Source of the DNA: an uncultured virus (IMG/VR IMGVR_UViG_3300002773_000047)
Lineage: Duplodnaviria; Heunggongvirae; Uroviricota; Caudoviricetes
Strand: one strand, 5' to 3'
Virus record (IMG/VR): IMGVR_UViG_3300002773_000047
Length of the DNA: 64,000 nucleotides
A program made the translations under genes and the position numbers. This document shows positions 9,677 through 18,101 of this stretch, piece after piece. The notes under the pieces were generated by a model. That model saw nothing but the letters and a program-made list of their open reading frames with translations. It was not told where the DNA came from and searched no databases. Position 1 is the stretch's first letter; the number at the start of each line of letters is the position of its first letter.

Positions 9677-9907
9677 TCACGATGCAGCCTCCTGCGCCTT
9701 GGCGAGGGCGGCGGCGTTGGCTTCATCCGCGTGGCGCCCTGCAATGAGCGCGTCGAAGTAGCGCTGCTTGTGCCCTGTACGCTCGCTGACAAGGAATTCG
9801 ACACGGCCGCGCGCACCGACCACGCGCCCGACGGTGAAAACATGCTTTCCTCGGAACGTGTCGCCGAAGACTTCCCACGGCCTCGGCGTGTGCTGCGCGG
9901 CGCTCAT
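9677..9907 (-). CDS. Hypothetical phage protein
   Basis: HTPRPW N-terminus and ALAKA C-terminus typical of lambdoid early ORFs; ~40-codon coupled ORFs flank it (9552-9680, 9904-10026). Confidence 0.6.
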   Translation of the reverse strand: MSAAQHTPRPWEVFGDTFRGKHVFTVGRVVGARGRVEFLVSERTGHKQRYFDALIAGRHADEANAAALAKAQEAAS

Positions 9908-10022
9908 ACCGCACACCACCCGCAAGCGGCCATTGCACGCACACGGCGGGCCTCGGCGTAGCGCTGGCGCAGCGCGGCGATCTGGTGCTGGATCTCCAGC
10001 AGCTGGGCGTGCAGGGCGGCCT

Positions 10023-10217
10023 TCATGCGAGGCCCCAGCTAGGCGCTGTGTCAATGCGCATGGCAGCCTCGGTTTCGAGGCGGATCAACGCGCCGGTCTG
10101 CTTCGCCTGGGCATACGCGCGGTCGAATGCCTGGAGCTCTTCATCCGTGAACTCGGGGCAGGGGGCCGGCATCGCCGCCGGATTGGCTTGGGCTGTCTGC
10201 CCGGGGTTCTTGTGCAT
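10023..10217 (-). CDS. First gene of the leftward operon, hypothetical
   Basis: GAGGAG SD; immediately downstream of OL operators. Confidence 0.6.
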   Translation of the reverse strand: MHKNPGQTAQANPAAMPAPCPEFTDEELQAFDRAYAQAKQTGALIRLETEAAMRIDTAPSWGLA

Positions 10218-10244
10218 TTGCGCTCCTCGCGGGCCGTTCTGTGG

Positions 10245-10297
10245 CCGCGGAAGTGCATTATGCAGAAGTGCATTGATGTGTCAATGCAGAAGTGCAT
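10245..10297. promoter_or_regulatory. OL operator cluster / PL
   Basis: ATGCAGAAGTGCAT at 10260-10273 and 10284-10297, partial copy at 10245-10258. Confidence 0.8.
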
Positions 10298-10334
10298 TAA
10301 AAATTTCTGTGTCCTCGCAGTCTGCGGAAAAGGA

Positions 10335-10362
10335 CGAAAGAAAGCCCGCGCGAGGCGGGCTT
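10335..10362 (-). terminator. Intrinsic terminator of cI
   Basis: AAGCCCGC/GCGGGCTT stem followed by a U-rich run on the minus strand. Confidence 0.65.
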
Positions 10363-10387
10363 GTGGGAGGCGGGGGAGGGGGTCTGC

Positions 10388-11155
10388 TCAGTACTGCTCG
10401 CTCTTCCAGACCGTGAGGATCTTCCCAATGATGTGGAGATGGGGGTTCTTGGGCGAGATGTCGTAAGGCGGGAAGTCGTCCTTGTTCTTCGAGATCACGC
10501 GCAGGACGAAGCCAGGTCCATTGAACTCGGGCACGCGCTGCAAAATTTTGATGTAGCCCTCGTCGCCGACTCGAAAGAAATAGACGCCTTCGTGATCCAC
10601 GCGGTTCACGCCCATGTCCATCAGCAGCGGATCGCCAGGGTTAAACATCCCCTTCATTGATGGGCCGAATCCCGTGACGATGCAGAGGTTCTGCAGGCTG
10701 GTGTACGAGCGAACGTTCAGCTGCAGCCACTCGCGGTCGACCTTCCAGCTCTTGATGATGCCGGGCGACTCGCCTTCGAGCACCAGCTTGCCGCGCGTGT
10801 CCATCCCGCCGCTGATGTCGTACTGAACGATCTCCACCTCCTCGCCAGATGCCTGCGGTGCTGGAGTCGGCGCGGGAGGGGCTGCCGGTGGGTCAAAGCC
10901 TTCCGGCTCACCCTTGCCTTCAACCCGCGCCCATTCCTTCTCGGCCAGTTCCTCATCGTAGAAGGCGAGCGCATCGACCCCGAGGTGCTTCGCTGCCAGA
11001 TCGAAGCTTTCCGTTCGACGGGGCTGCTTGATGTCCCCCTTCTTGAAGCGATCGAAGCCCGACTGGGCGGTGGGCCGCTTGATGGCGGCGGCCAGCGAAG
11101 TGGGGTTCAGCCCACGTTTCGCGAGAAGTTTGTTGAAGAGGGTGACTCCGTCCAT
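10388..11155 (-). CDS. cI: CI-like repressor (HTH plus S24 autopeptidase)
   Basis: N-terminal HTH-like region; GPSM..F.PGD, YIKIL, VISKN, IIGKI; divergent from cro. Confidence 0.88.
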   Translation of the reverse strand: MDGVTLFNKLLAKRGLNPTSLAAAIKRPTAQSGFDRFKKGDIKQPRRTESFDLAAKHLGVDALAFYDEELAEKEWARVEGKGEPEGFDPPAAPPAPTPAPQASGEEVEIVQYDISGGMDTRGKLVLEGESPGIIKSWKVDREWLQLNVRSYTSLQNLCIVTGFGPSMKGMFNPGDPLLMDMGVNRVDHEGVYFFRVGDEGYIKILQRVPEFNGPGFVLRVISKNKDDFPPYDISPKNPHLHIIGKILTVWKSEQY

Positions 11156-11164
11156 GCCTCGACT

Positions 11165-11216
11165 ATGCAGAAATACGTAATGCACTACTGCTTGAAATTG
11201 CAATGCAGAAGTGCAT
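11165..11216. promoter_or_regulatory. OR operator cluster / PR-PRM
   Basis: ATGCAGAAGTGCAT at 11203-11216; degenerate copies at 11180-11193 and 11165-11178. Confidence 0.8.
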
Positions 11217-11225
11217 AATCTCTGC

Positions 11226-11426
11226 ATGACTCAACTTCAAACGGTGATCCGACAGCTGCGCGCCTCGCTGTCGCAATCTGAAATTGCCAGGCGCACCGGC
11301 ATCGCCCAGTCGAAGATTTCTCGGTGGGAGGCCGGAAAGATCGCCGCAGGCGCGGAAGAAGCGCTCAAGTTGGTTGATCTCGAGCGCCGGTTGCGCAAGG
11401 CGGCGACGAAGGGCGGCGCGTCGTGA
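11226..11426 (+). CDS. cro: Cro-like HTH regulator
   Basis: LSQSEIARRTGIAQSKISRWEAG HTH; divergent from cI. Confidence 0.85.
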   Translation: MTQLQTVIRQLRASLSQSEIARRTGIAQSKISRWEAGKIAAGAEEALKLVDLERRLRKAATKGGAS

Positions 11427-11614
11427 TGCACATCAAGCCTCTCGCTTCACTGAGCCACGCCGAGGTTGCCGACCTCGCAGCGCACGCCGCCGAGCGCGGT
11501 GAAGAGCTCCCCCTGGCCAACCCATTCCCGGCCGACGGTCCCGACAGCTGGCGACACCGCGTCTTCCGCGATGTCTTCGTCGCTCGCGCCGTCGACCTCC
11601 AGCCGGTCGGCTGA
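11423..11614 (+). CDS. Hypothetical protein
   Basis: Overlaps cro stop. Confidence 0.55.
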   Translation: MMHIKPLASLSHAEVADLAAHAAERGEELPLANPFPADGPDSWRHRVFRDVFVARAVDLQPVG

Positions 11615-11641
11615 CCACTTCACCCCAACCACCAATTCCAG

Positions 11642-11956
11642 ATGTCCACCATCGACCATGACCAAGAGCCGGCGTTCGCCCGCGGCATCGCCGGGCCGCT
11701 CGGGAAGCTCACCGAAGACCTCAAGACCAAGGTTGACGAGGCGACTGACAAGGTATTCCGGCAGCACTGCGCCCTGAGCGGTACCGACGCGAGCACGCTG
11801 CTGCGCGACTTCGTGTACCTGACCTGCTACGGCAAGACGTGGCGTGCGATGGCGGCTGAGAAGCTGTTGCATGAGGAGGAGCGTATCGGCGCTCTGCGCA
11901 AATTGGCAGGGCCTTTTGAGGGCCCCGAATTCGCGCAGCGGGGAGGGCACCACTGA
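11642..11956 (+). CDS. Putative regulator in cII position (possible ribbon-helix-helix)
   Basis: LKTKVDE..F...C...G...S.LLRD pattern; position after cro. Confidence 0.5.
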   Translation: MSTIDHDQEPAFARGIAGPLGKLTEDLKTKVDEATDKVFRQHCALSGTDASTLLRDFVYLTCYGKTWRAMAAEKLLHEEERIGALRKLAGPFEGPEFAQRGGHH

Positions 11957-13278
11957 TGGACTGGCTCAACCGCTGCCACTTCGGTGACGTGCGCGCAGTA
12001 CTGCGCCGCATGATCGCTGACGGCGTGCAGGTGAACACCATCGTGACCTCGCCGCCGTACTGGGGCCTGCGCTCATACCTCCCGGCCGGCCATCCAGACA
12101 AGGCGATGGAGATCGGCAGCGAACCCACGCTCGGCGAATTCATCGCTGGCATGGTCGAAGTCTTCGACCTGTGCCGCCAGGTGCTGCGCGACGACGGAAC
12201 CATGTGGGTGAACATGGGCGACAGCTACGCCGGCTCTTGGGGATCGCAGGGCCGTGAACACAGTGGCATCGCCGTGTCGGCACTCAGTGCGCGCCAAGTC
12301 GCGGCTGGTCAGCGTAAGGCCTCAAAGACGAGCAGCACTGACCGCACGCCTGGCATGAAGCCGAAAGATCTGATCGGCCAGCCGTGGCGGCTAGCCCTCG
12401 CATTGCAGGGCTTCACCGTGCTGCCGTCAATGACCATGCTGCAGTGGGCCGACGGGTTGCGAGACGCGCGTGTCGCTGGTGACTGGGCGCAGGTCGGTGC
12501 GATCGAGGCGCGCATACGGGCCGAGTGCGTCGCTGATGCGCTGTCTCGTTCCTGGTATCTCCGCCAGGACATCATCTGGCACAAGCCCAACCCGATGCCC
12601 GAGTCCATCAAGGATCGGTGCACGAAGGCGCACGAGTACATCTTCCTGCTGTCGAAGTCCGAGCGCTACTACTTCGACCAGGGCGCGATCCGCACACCGC
12701 TGAGCGCCGAGACAAAGGCCTTGTCCTTCGACACGATGGACTACAAGGCGCGCGATCGCTACAAGATGCCCGACGGTTGGAACACTGGGCCCGGAGCTCA
12801 CGGCTCGTTTCATCCAGAGGGCAGAGAGAAGGGCGCTGGCCCTCGCGGCACGGGTGTCGGCTGGGGATACGCTGAATCGGACCCCAAGCCGCGCACGACA
12901 GCCAGCAAGCGCAACAGCTTCGCTCGCGAATCGAAGAACACGGCCGGCGAGCACGGCCAGAAGCCGCAGCACCGGCCTGATCGCGACGAGGTGCACTACG
13001 CGAACACCGCCAACAAGCGGAGCGTGTGGACCGTCGCCACCGAGGCATATCCCGGATCTCATTTCGCAACCTTCCCGCGCGCGCTCATCGAGCCCTGCGT
13101 GCTCGCCGGTGCACCGGCCGGCGGCATCGTGCTCGATCCCTTCTTCGGCAGCGGCACCACCGGCCAAGTGGCGCAGCAGCTGGGCCGCCAATTCATCGGC
13201 ATCGACATCAACCGCGCCAACGAGCCGCTTCAGGCCGACCGCTTGCGCCAACCCTCTCTTCTCCTGGAGGCAGCTTGA
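11956..13278 (+). CDS. N4-C/N6-A DNA methyltransferase, beta class
   Basis: VTSPPYW before LDPFFGSGTT; HFATFP. Confidence 0.92.
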   Translation: MDWLNRCHFGDVRAVLRRMIADGVQVNTIVTSPPYWGLRSYLPAGHPDKAMEIGSEPTLGEFIAGMVEVFDLCRQVLRDDGTMWVNMGDSYAGSWGSQGREHSGIAVSALSARQVAAGQRKASKTSSTDRTPGMKPKDLIGQPWRLALALQGFTVLPSMTMLQWADGLRDARVAGDWAQVGAIEARIRAECVADALSRSWYLRQDIIWHKPNPMPESIKDRCTKAHEYIFLLSKSERYYFDQGAIRTPLSAETKALSFDTMDYKARDRYKMPDGWNTGPGAHGSFHPEGREKGAGPRGTGVGWGYAESDPKPRTTASKRNSFARESKNTAGEHGQKPQHRPDRDEVHYANTANKRSVWTVATEAYPGSHFATFPRALIEPCVLAGAPAGGIVLDPFFGSGTTGQVAQQLGRQFIGIDINRANEPLQADRLRQPSLLLEAA

Positions 13279-13661
13279 ATCACGCCCCCTTCACCCGTAG
13301 CCCGCTGCAAGTCGCGCAGCAGCACGCCGACCAGTTCACGCCGCGATTTCTCGCATACCTGCCCGAGAACCTGCACGTCTACGACGCCTTCGAGCGCGAG
13401 ACGATGCGGGTGGTTCGCCGTGGCTTCCAGCACTACAGCGCCCGCACCATCATCGAGGTGCTGCGCCACAACTCGGCGCTGGCGGAGCGCGGCGGCCCGT
13501 GGAAGCTCAACGACTGGCACACCCCGTACCTGGCGCGGCTGTTCGCGCTGCTGAACCCAGCCTTCGCGTGCCTGTTCGAGTTCCGCATCACCAAGGCGGT
13601 CGGCCGTGGCCGCGCGGCGGCGGCGAACGACCCCTCGATGGAAGGGGTGGGCGGTGCATGA
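13275..13661 (+). CDS. Conserved-looking phage hypothetical protein
   Basis: HYSARTIIEVLRH..WKLND..PYLARLF; TTG start overlapping MTase stop. Confidence 0.65.
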   Translation: MNHAPFTRSPLQVAQQHADQFTPRFLAYLPENLHVYDAFERETMRVVRRGFQHYSARTIIEVLRHNSALAERGGPWKLNDWHTPYLARLFALLNPAFACLFEFRITKAVGRGRAAAANDPSMEGVGGA

Positions 13662-14994
13662 CTTGGCTCTACATTCCATCGAACTCTGTGCCGGCGTGGG
13701 CATGCTCGGAGAAGGACTGCGAGCCGGGCTCGGACATCTGGGCATCGCGACTCGCGCCGTCTGCTACGTTGAGCGGGAAGCTCACGCTGCCAGCGTCCTG
13801 GCGGCGCGCATCGAAGAAGGAAGCCTGGACCCGGCTCCTGTCTGGTCCGACATGCTCTCCTTCGACGCTCGAGCGTGGCGCGGCGCAGTGGATTGCGTCG
13901 CTGCAGGCTTCCCCTGCCAAGACCTCAGCCTTGCAGGCCGCCGTGCTGGGCTCGACGGCGAGCGCTCCGGCCTCTTCTTCCGGGTCCTCGACATTGCAGA
14001 CGATAGCGGTGCGTGGCTCCTCGTTCTGGAGAACGTCTCAGGCATCGCTTCTGCCACCGCCTCCGTTGTGGACGAAACCGAAGGGACTCTCGACGAGCGC
14101 GCGGCCGCCCGAGTCGTGGGAGAACTGGCCGACCGCGGGTGGCACTCGGAATGGATCACTCTTTCCGCGTCCGACGTGGGCGCCAGCCACGGGCGCGCCC
14201 GTTGGTTCTGCGTCGCGTGGCGCGTGGCTGACGCCGGCGGGCATGGCGGGCATGGACCATACGGGCAAGGCGGGAGCGGGCGGCGAGTTTGCTCAGCAGG
14301 CAACGAACTGGGCCACGCCCCGTGCATCGATGGCGACGAACGGGAGCGACAGCGGATCTGCGCGGAGGCAACTCGAGGGGCTGAACATCGGGTTGAAGGA
14401 TCAGGCGAAGCAATGGCCTACGCCGAGCGCAGCGCTCGCTGGCAGCGGAGGCTCGGATTGCTCGGAGAAGCGTCGGCCGGAGAACCTTGCGAGCTTTGTG
14501 AAGACGCGCGAGGCGCAGCAGCAGTGGCCCACGCCTGCTGCGAACGAGTACGAGGGCGGCGATCCGAACAAGATGCTCGAGCGCCGCGAGCGGGAGAAGT
14601 TGAAGGGCCGCAACGGCAATGGCTTCGGCCTGACGTTGGGCATGTCGGTTGCGCAATGGCCGACGCCAGCTGCCCGGGACGGCAAGGGCACGAACTCGGA
14701 GGAGCATGCGCTTGTGACCGGCGGGGGCCGGAAGCACATGGACCAGTTGGCGAACTTCGTAGCCTATTCGCCCCAGGTCCAGCCGATCCGCGATGGGCAG
14801 GAATCCTCGCAGAGCACCCCGAACTCGCCCCGGCACTTGAACCCGATTTTCGGTGCGTGGTTGATGGGGTGGCCTTCGGCATGGGTGATAGCCGAGCCGC
14901 ACGCCTCAAGTGCGTTGGCAACGGCGTCGTGGCGCTCCAAGCTGCGGCAGGAATTGTCGAGCTTGTGCGGCGCGCGCGGGGAGTGACGGCATGA
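13654..14994 (+). CDS. DNA cytosine-C5 methyltransferase (main chain)
   Basis: Motif I LCAGVG, IV GFPCQD, VI ENV, VIII H.R.R.F, X LKCVGNGV. Confidence 0.88.
   Translation: MHDLALHSIELCAGVGMLGEGLRAGLGHLGIATRAVCYVEREAHAASVLAARIEEGSLDPAPVWSDMLSFDARAWRGAVDCVAAGFPCQDLSLAGRRAGLDGERSGLFFRVLDIADDSGAWLLVLENVSGIASATASVVDETEGTLDERAAARVVGELADRGWHSEWITLSASDVGASHGRARWFCVAWRVADAGGHGGHGPYGQGGSGRRVCSAGNELGHAPCIDGDERERQRICAEATRGAEHRVEGSGEAMAYAERSARWQRRLGLLGEASAGEPCELCEDARGAAAVAHACCERVRGRRSEQDARAPRAGEVEGPQRQWLRPDVGHVGCAMADASCPGRQGHELGGACACDRRGPEAHGPVGELRSLFAPGPADPRWAGILAEHPELAPALEPDFRCVVDGVAFGMGDSRAARLKCVGNGVVALQAAAGIVELVRRARGVTA
13658..14986 (+). CDS. Overlapping +1-frame partner chain of the C5 MTase (WPTP repeats, motif-IX-like end)
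   Basis: ~440-codon open frame inside the MTase gene; W(P/L/A)TP repeats and LNPIFGAWLMGWP. Confidence 0.6.
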   Translation: MTWLYIPSNSVPAWACSEKDCEPGSDIWASRLAPSATLSGKLTLPASWRRASKKEAWTRLLSGPTCSPSTLERGAAQWIASLQASPAKTSALQAAVLGSTASAPASSSGSSTLQTIAVRGSSFWRTSQASLLPPPPLWTKPKGLSTSARPPESWENWPTAGGTRNGSLFPRPTWAPATGAPVGSASRGAWLTPAGMAGMDHTGKAGAGGEFAQQATNWATPRASMATNGSDSGSARRQLEGLNIGLKDQAKQWPTPSAALAGSGGSDCSEKRRPENLASFVKTREAQQQWPTPAANEYEGGDPNKMLERREREKLKGRNGNGFGLTLGMSVAQWPTPAARDGKGTNSEEHALVTGGGRKHMDQLANFVAYSPQVQPIRDGQESSQSTPNSPRHLNPIFGAWLMGWPSAWVIAEPHASSALATASWRSKLRQELSSLCGARGE

Positions 14995-15257
14995 ACCAAA
15001 CCCGCCTCGGCTCCCTCATCGAAACGCTGATGAACGTGTGCATCGGCTTGGCCGTGTCCGTCATCGCGAACCAGTTGGTGTTCCCGCGCTTCGGCTTCCA
15101 CCCCAGCGTGGCCGAGAACGTTGCCATCAGCGTCATCTACACGGGAATTTCCATCGTGCGGCAGTACGTGCTGCGCCGGTGGTTTAACGCTCAATTGCAG
15201 CGCGCGGCGCAGCGCTTGGCACAGGCGGCACTACGGGAAGGGCGCGTCGAGGAATGA
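14991..15257 (+). CDS. Small two-TM membrane protein
   Basis: SLIETLMNV.IG..Y.LRRWF; coupled to neighbours. Confidence 0.7.
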   Translation: MNQTRLGSLIETLMNVCIGLAVSVIANQLVFPRFGFHPSVAENVAISVIYTGISIVRQYVLRRWFNAQLQRAAQRLAQAALREGRVEE

Positions 15258-16228
15258 CCCGACCAGTTCCATATCCCGCAGACACGCGCGCGAAGGGCTG
15301 GCGCTTCGAGCTGGACCACGAGCGCATCGAGCAATCAGACACCTGGGCGCTGGCGCCAGCGGACGTGAAGCCGTGGCTGCTGATGCTTTGGGTCACGGCC
15401 TGGCGCCAGGAACCGTGCGGCTCGCTGCCCAACGAAGACGAGCTCATCGCCGTGCGCATCGGCATGCCCATGAAGACGTTCGCCAAGGTGCGCTCCAAGC
15501 TGATGCGCGGCTGGTGGGAGGCCGAGGACGGCCGCCTGTACCACGACACCGTGACGAAGCGCGTCCTGGAAATGCTGGCCGCCCGCGAGGCGGAGCGTCG
15601 CCGGAAGGCGGAGTACCGCCAGCGGAAGGAGGCGGAGCGCAGATCGGACACCAGTGGTGATCCGGATTTGTCCCACGGGACAACCGGCGGACACCAGCAG
15701 GACGACACCCGGAATGACACCGGGAGAGACGACACCGGAACCAGAACCGGAACCGGAACCAGTAAAGAAGAAACCACCACCACTTCCCGAACTACGTCCG
15801 ACGTGGTGGGGGCGGGCGGGCAAAGCCCGACGAGAGCAGGGGAGGTGTGCAAGGCGATCAGAGCGAAGAAGGTGGCCGACGCGAACCCATCGAGCCCGGA
15901 GCTCCTGGCCCTCCTCGCCAAGGGCGTGCCTGTCGAAACCTTCGAGGCCGCGGCCGAGATCTGCGCCAAGTCCATTCCGCCCAAGGGCTTCGCCTACCTG
16001 CTGGGCATCGTGAAGCGCCAGCTTGGCGAGGCGGCAGCCATCGCCTCGGGCGCAGCCATGCCCGAGAAGCCGTGGGATGAGAGCCGTTCAACCATCGAGG
16101 CCAAGGCCGCCGAGCTCGGCCTCGCGCCTTGGAACGAAGCCGACCTGAGCGCCGATCGCGAGAGCTTTCCCGCATTCACGGCGCGCGTGCGTCGTGCCGT
16201 CAACGAACGCCAAGGAGTCCCCGCATGA
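15254..16228 (+). CDS. Replication initiator (lambda O-like position, YdaU/DUF1376-like N-terminus)
   Basis: LLMLW..AW.Q.PCGSLPNED..A, DGRLYH; internal low-complexity repeat tract. Confidence 0.7.
   Translation: MTRPVPYPADTRAKGWRFELDHERIEQSDTWALAPADVKPWLLMLWVTAWRQEPCGSLPNEDELIAVRIGMPMKTFAKVRSKLMRGWWEAEDGRLYHDTVTKRVLEMLAAREAERRRKAEYRQRKEAERRSDTSGDPDLSHGTTGGHQQDDTRNDTGRDDTGTRTGTGTSKEETTTTSRTTSDVVGAGGQSPTRAGEVCKAIRAKKVADANPSSPELLALLAKGVPVETFEAAAEICAKSIPPKGFAYLLGIVKRQLGEAAAIASGAAMPEKPWDESRSTIEAKAAELGLAPWNEADLSADRESFPAFTARVRRAVNERQGVPA
15645..15785 (+). repeat. Iteron-like repeats, probable replication origin
   Basis: Five GACACC units, palindrome TGTCCC-AC-GGGACA, four (G/A)GAACC units, then an A-rich run. 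Confidence 0.55.
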
Positions 16229-16455
16229 CCACAGCACTCGCCATCAGCCAGGTGGCGGTATCCGCGCAGCGCAACCTCCATCAGATCGCCACGTACGACC
16301 GCGAATTGCGGCAGCGCGGCGCGCTGGTCGCGGCGGTGGCACTGAGCCCCTACCGCGCGGTGGAGCGCGCCCGTCTCGACGTGTGCGCCGAGCACTTCGC
16401 CGCGCTGCAGCCCGCCAACGACCTCGCCTTCGAGCAGAACCCGGAGCACGCATGA
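16225..16455 (+). CDS. Hypothetical protein
   Basis: AAGGAG SD; ATGA coupling. Confidence 0.6.
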   Translation: MTTALAISQVAVSAQRNLHQIATYDRELRQRGALVAAVALSPYRAVERARLDVCAEHFAALQPANDLAFEQNPEHA

Positions 16456-16979
16456 TCCCGTCGATCAATCCTTGGGACGCCGAGATCGAGGTGTTCGAGC
16501 AGCTGACGCTCGCGCGCCTTCTGAAGCACACCGAGCCCGAAGGCGAATGCCTCGCCTGGACGGGCCACGCCAACCTCGGCCGCAGCCCGCAGATCCGCCT
16601 CGGCGGCGCCAAGGGCCGGGCCTACAACGTCCGCCGTGTGCTGTGGGTGCTTACGCGCGGCAGCATCCGCGCAGATCGCGTGGTCACGGTGGACTGCGAC
16701 TGCGAGCTGTGCGTGCACCCCGACTGCCTCATCGCGATCCACCCGTCCAAGCTTCAGAAGGGGCAGCCGAAGTCGCTCCTGGCGTCGCGCCGAATCGCGA
16801 CGGCCCAGCGCAGGCTGTCGCCGATCTCCGAGGAAATGGTGCAGGAGATCCGGAGCAGCTCTGTTCCTGCTGTCGAGTTCGACCGGCGCTGGGGACTTGG
16901 CATCGGAACCTCTGCGCACATCCGGTCCGGAGCGCGCCGCGCCCCGCTGGGCCTGGGCATGTTGGGAGGTGCCGCCTAA
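16452..16979 (+). CDS. Degenerate HNH/His-Me finger protein with C-terminal HTH-like part
   Basis: ECLAWTG...RRVLW...C.CELCVHPDCL. Confidence 0.55.
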   Translation: MIPSINPWDAEIEVFEQLTLARLLKHTEPEGECLAWTGHANLGRSPQIRLGGAKGRAYNVRRVLWVLTRGSIRADRVVTVDCDCELCVHPDCLIAIHPSKLQKGQPKSLLASRRIATAQRRLSPISEEMVQEIRSSSVPAVEFDRRWGLGIGTSAHIRSGARRAPLGLGMLGGAA

Positions 16980-17413
16980 TGGCCCGCCGCCGCACCGCCG
17001 CGCTCGGGCTGATCGCTCGGGCCCTCATCGAGAAGCAGTGGCACGCAACCGCCGTGCGCGCGCAGATCCACGCCATCCTGGGCGACGACAGCGACCAGTT
17101 CGTAGCCGCCGCCGGCCGGGTGTTGTTCGTGGTGCTGGGCGCGCTCATGGCGGAAGACATAGACGACGACCTGCCGGACGTGCGCATCGTGCGCGGCGCC
17201 TGCAACGCGCTCTACGAGCAGGCGGGCGTGCCAACCATCGACCCGACGCGACGCGCATCGCTGCGCTCCGGGCTGGAGGCTTGCGAGCGTCTCGTCGATG
17301 GCCTGCAACGCAAGTCGCTGATCGATGCCGCTTGCGACCTGGAGCTGAAGCTGAAGACCGGACACCTGGACTGGGCCTCCTTCGAGTCTCTGCTGGAGGG
17401 CATCGCAGCATGA
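16979..17413 (+). CDS. Hypothetical protein
   Basis: TAATG coupling; helical ORF. Confidence 0.6.
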   Translation: MARRRTAALGLIARALIEKQWHATAVRAQIHAILGDDSDQFVAAAGRVLFVVLGALMAEDIDDDLPDVRIVRGACNALYEQAGVPTIDPTRRASLRSGLEACERLVDGLQRKSLIDAACDLELKLKTGHLDWASFESLLEGIAA

Positions 17414-17673
17414 CGTGCCCGAACTGCGACAAGGCGGCAATCCGCGCCGACTGGCCCGGCTACACCGCAAACTGCCGGGAATGCCTGGCGCGCGGCATCG
17501 CCAACGGGCCCGAGTACTGGCGATCGCGCCAGGACGGCTCGCTCCGCGAGGAGTACAAGGCCGCGCTCCGGAACATCTGGGGCGCCGACTGGAAGAAGGG
17601 CCACGACGCCGTAAAGCTGGCCGCGCAGCGGCTCGACCAGCAGCGGACCTCGCCGCAGGGAGCCTTGCTGTGA
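17410..17673 (+). CDS. Small zinc-binding protein
   Basis: CPNC...CREC; GGAGG SD. Confidence 0.65.
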   Translation: MTCPNCDKAAIRADWPGYTANCRECLARGIANGPEYWRSRQDGSLREEYKAALRNIWGADWKKGHDAVKLAAQRLDQQRTSPQGALL

Positions 17674-18101
17674 CGGTCCACATCCTCGGAATCGACCCCG
17701 GCGCGAGCACGGGCCTGGCCGCCTTCACCGGCGGCGCGCTCGGCTTCCTGAAGACCATCGAGCCGCACTCCATCGAGCACACCCTGCGCCACTACAAGCC
17801 GGCGCGCGTGGTCTTCGAGGACAGCCGGCTGGAGTCCAAGGTCTGGACGGCCGCGGGCAGCCGCGCGGCGGCGCTGAAGATCGCCCGCAACGTCGGGCAG
17901 ATCGACGCCTGGTGCAGCCTCATCACCGCCATCTGCGGTGACCTAGGCATCCCTGCCCACGGCATCAGCCCGACCGCCAAGGGCGCGAAGCTGGACGCCG
18001 AGGCCTTCGCCCTCGTGACCGGCTGGGCCGCGCGCAGCAACCAGCACGAACGGGACGCCGCAATGGTCGCGTGGCCCTACCGGAGGGCCGTGAAGTCATG
18101 A
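17670..18101 (+). CDS. RuvC-like Holliday junction resolvase
   Basis: ILGIDPGASTGLA, VVFE, HERDAA. Confidence 0.75.
   Translation: MTVHILGIDPGASTGLAAFTGGALGFLKTIEPHSIEHTLRHYKPARVVFEDSRLESKVWTAAGSRAAALKIARNVGQIDAWCSLITAICGDLGIPAHGISPTAKGAKLDAEAFALVTGWAARSNQHERDAAMVAWPYRRAVKS

Noticed and set aside
15700..15765. Short tandem repeats as a CRISPR array
   Set aside because: Units of 6-9 bp, no spacers, inside a CDS, no cas genes
16452..16979. Active homing endonuclease
   Set aside because: Catalytic His/Asn positions appear substituted (VTVDC, CVHPDCL)
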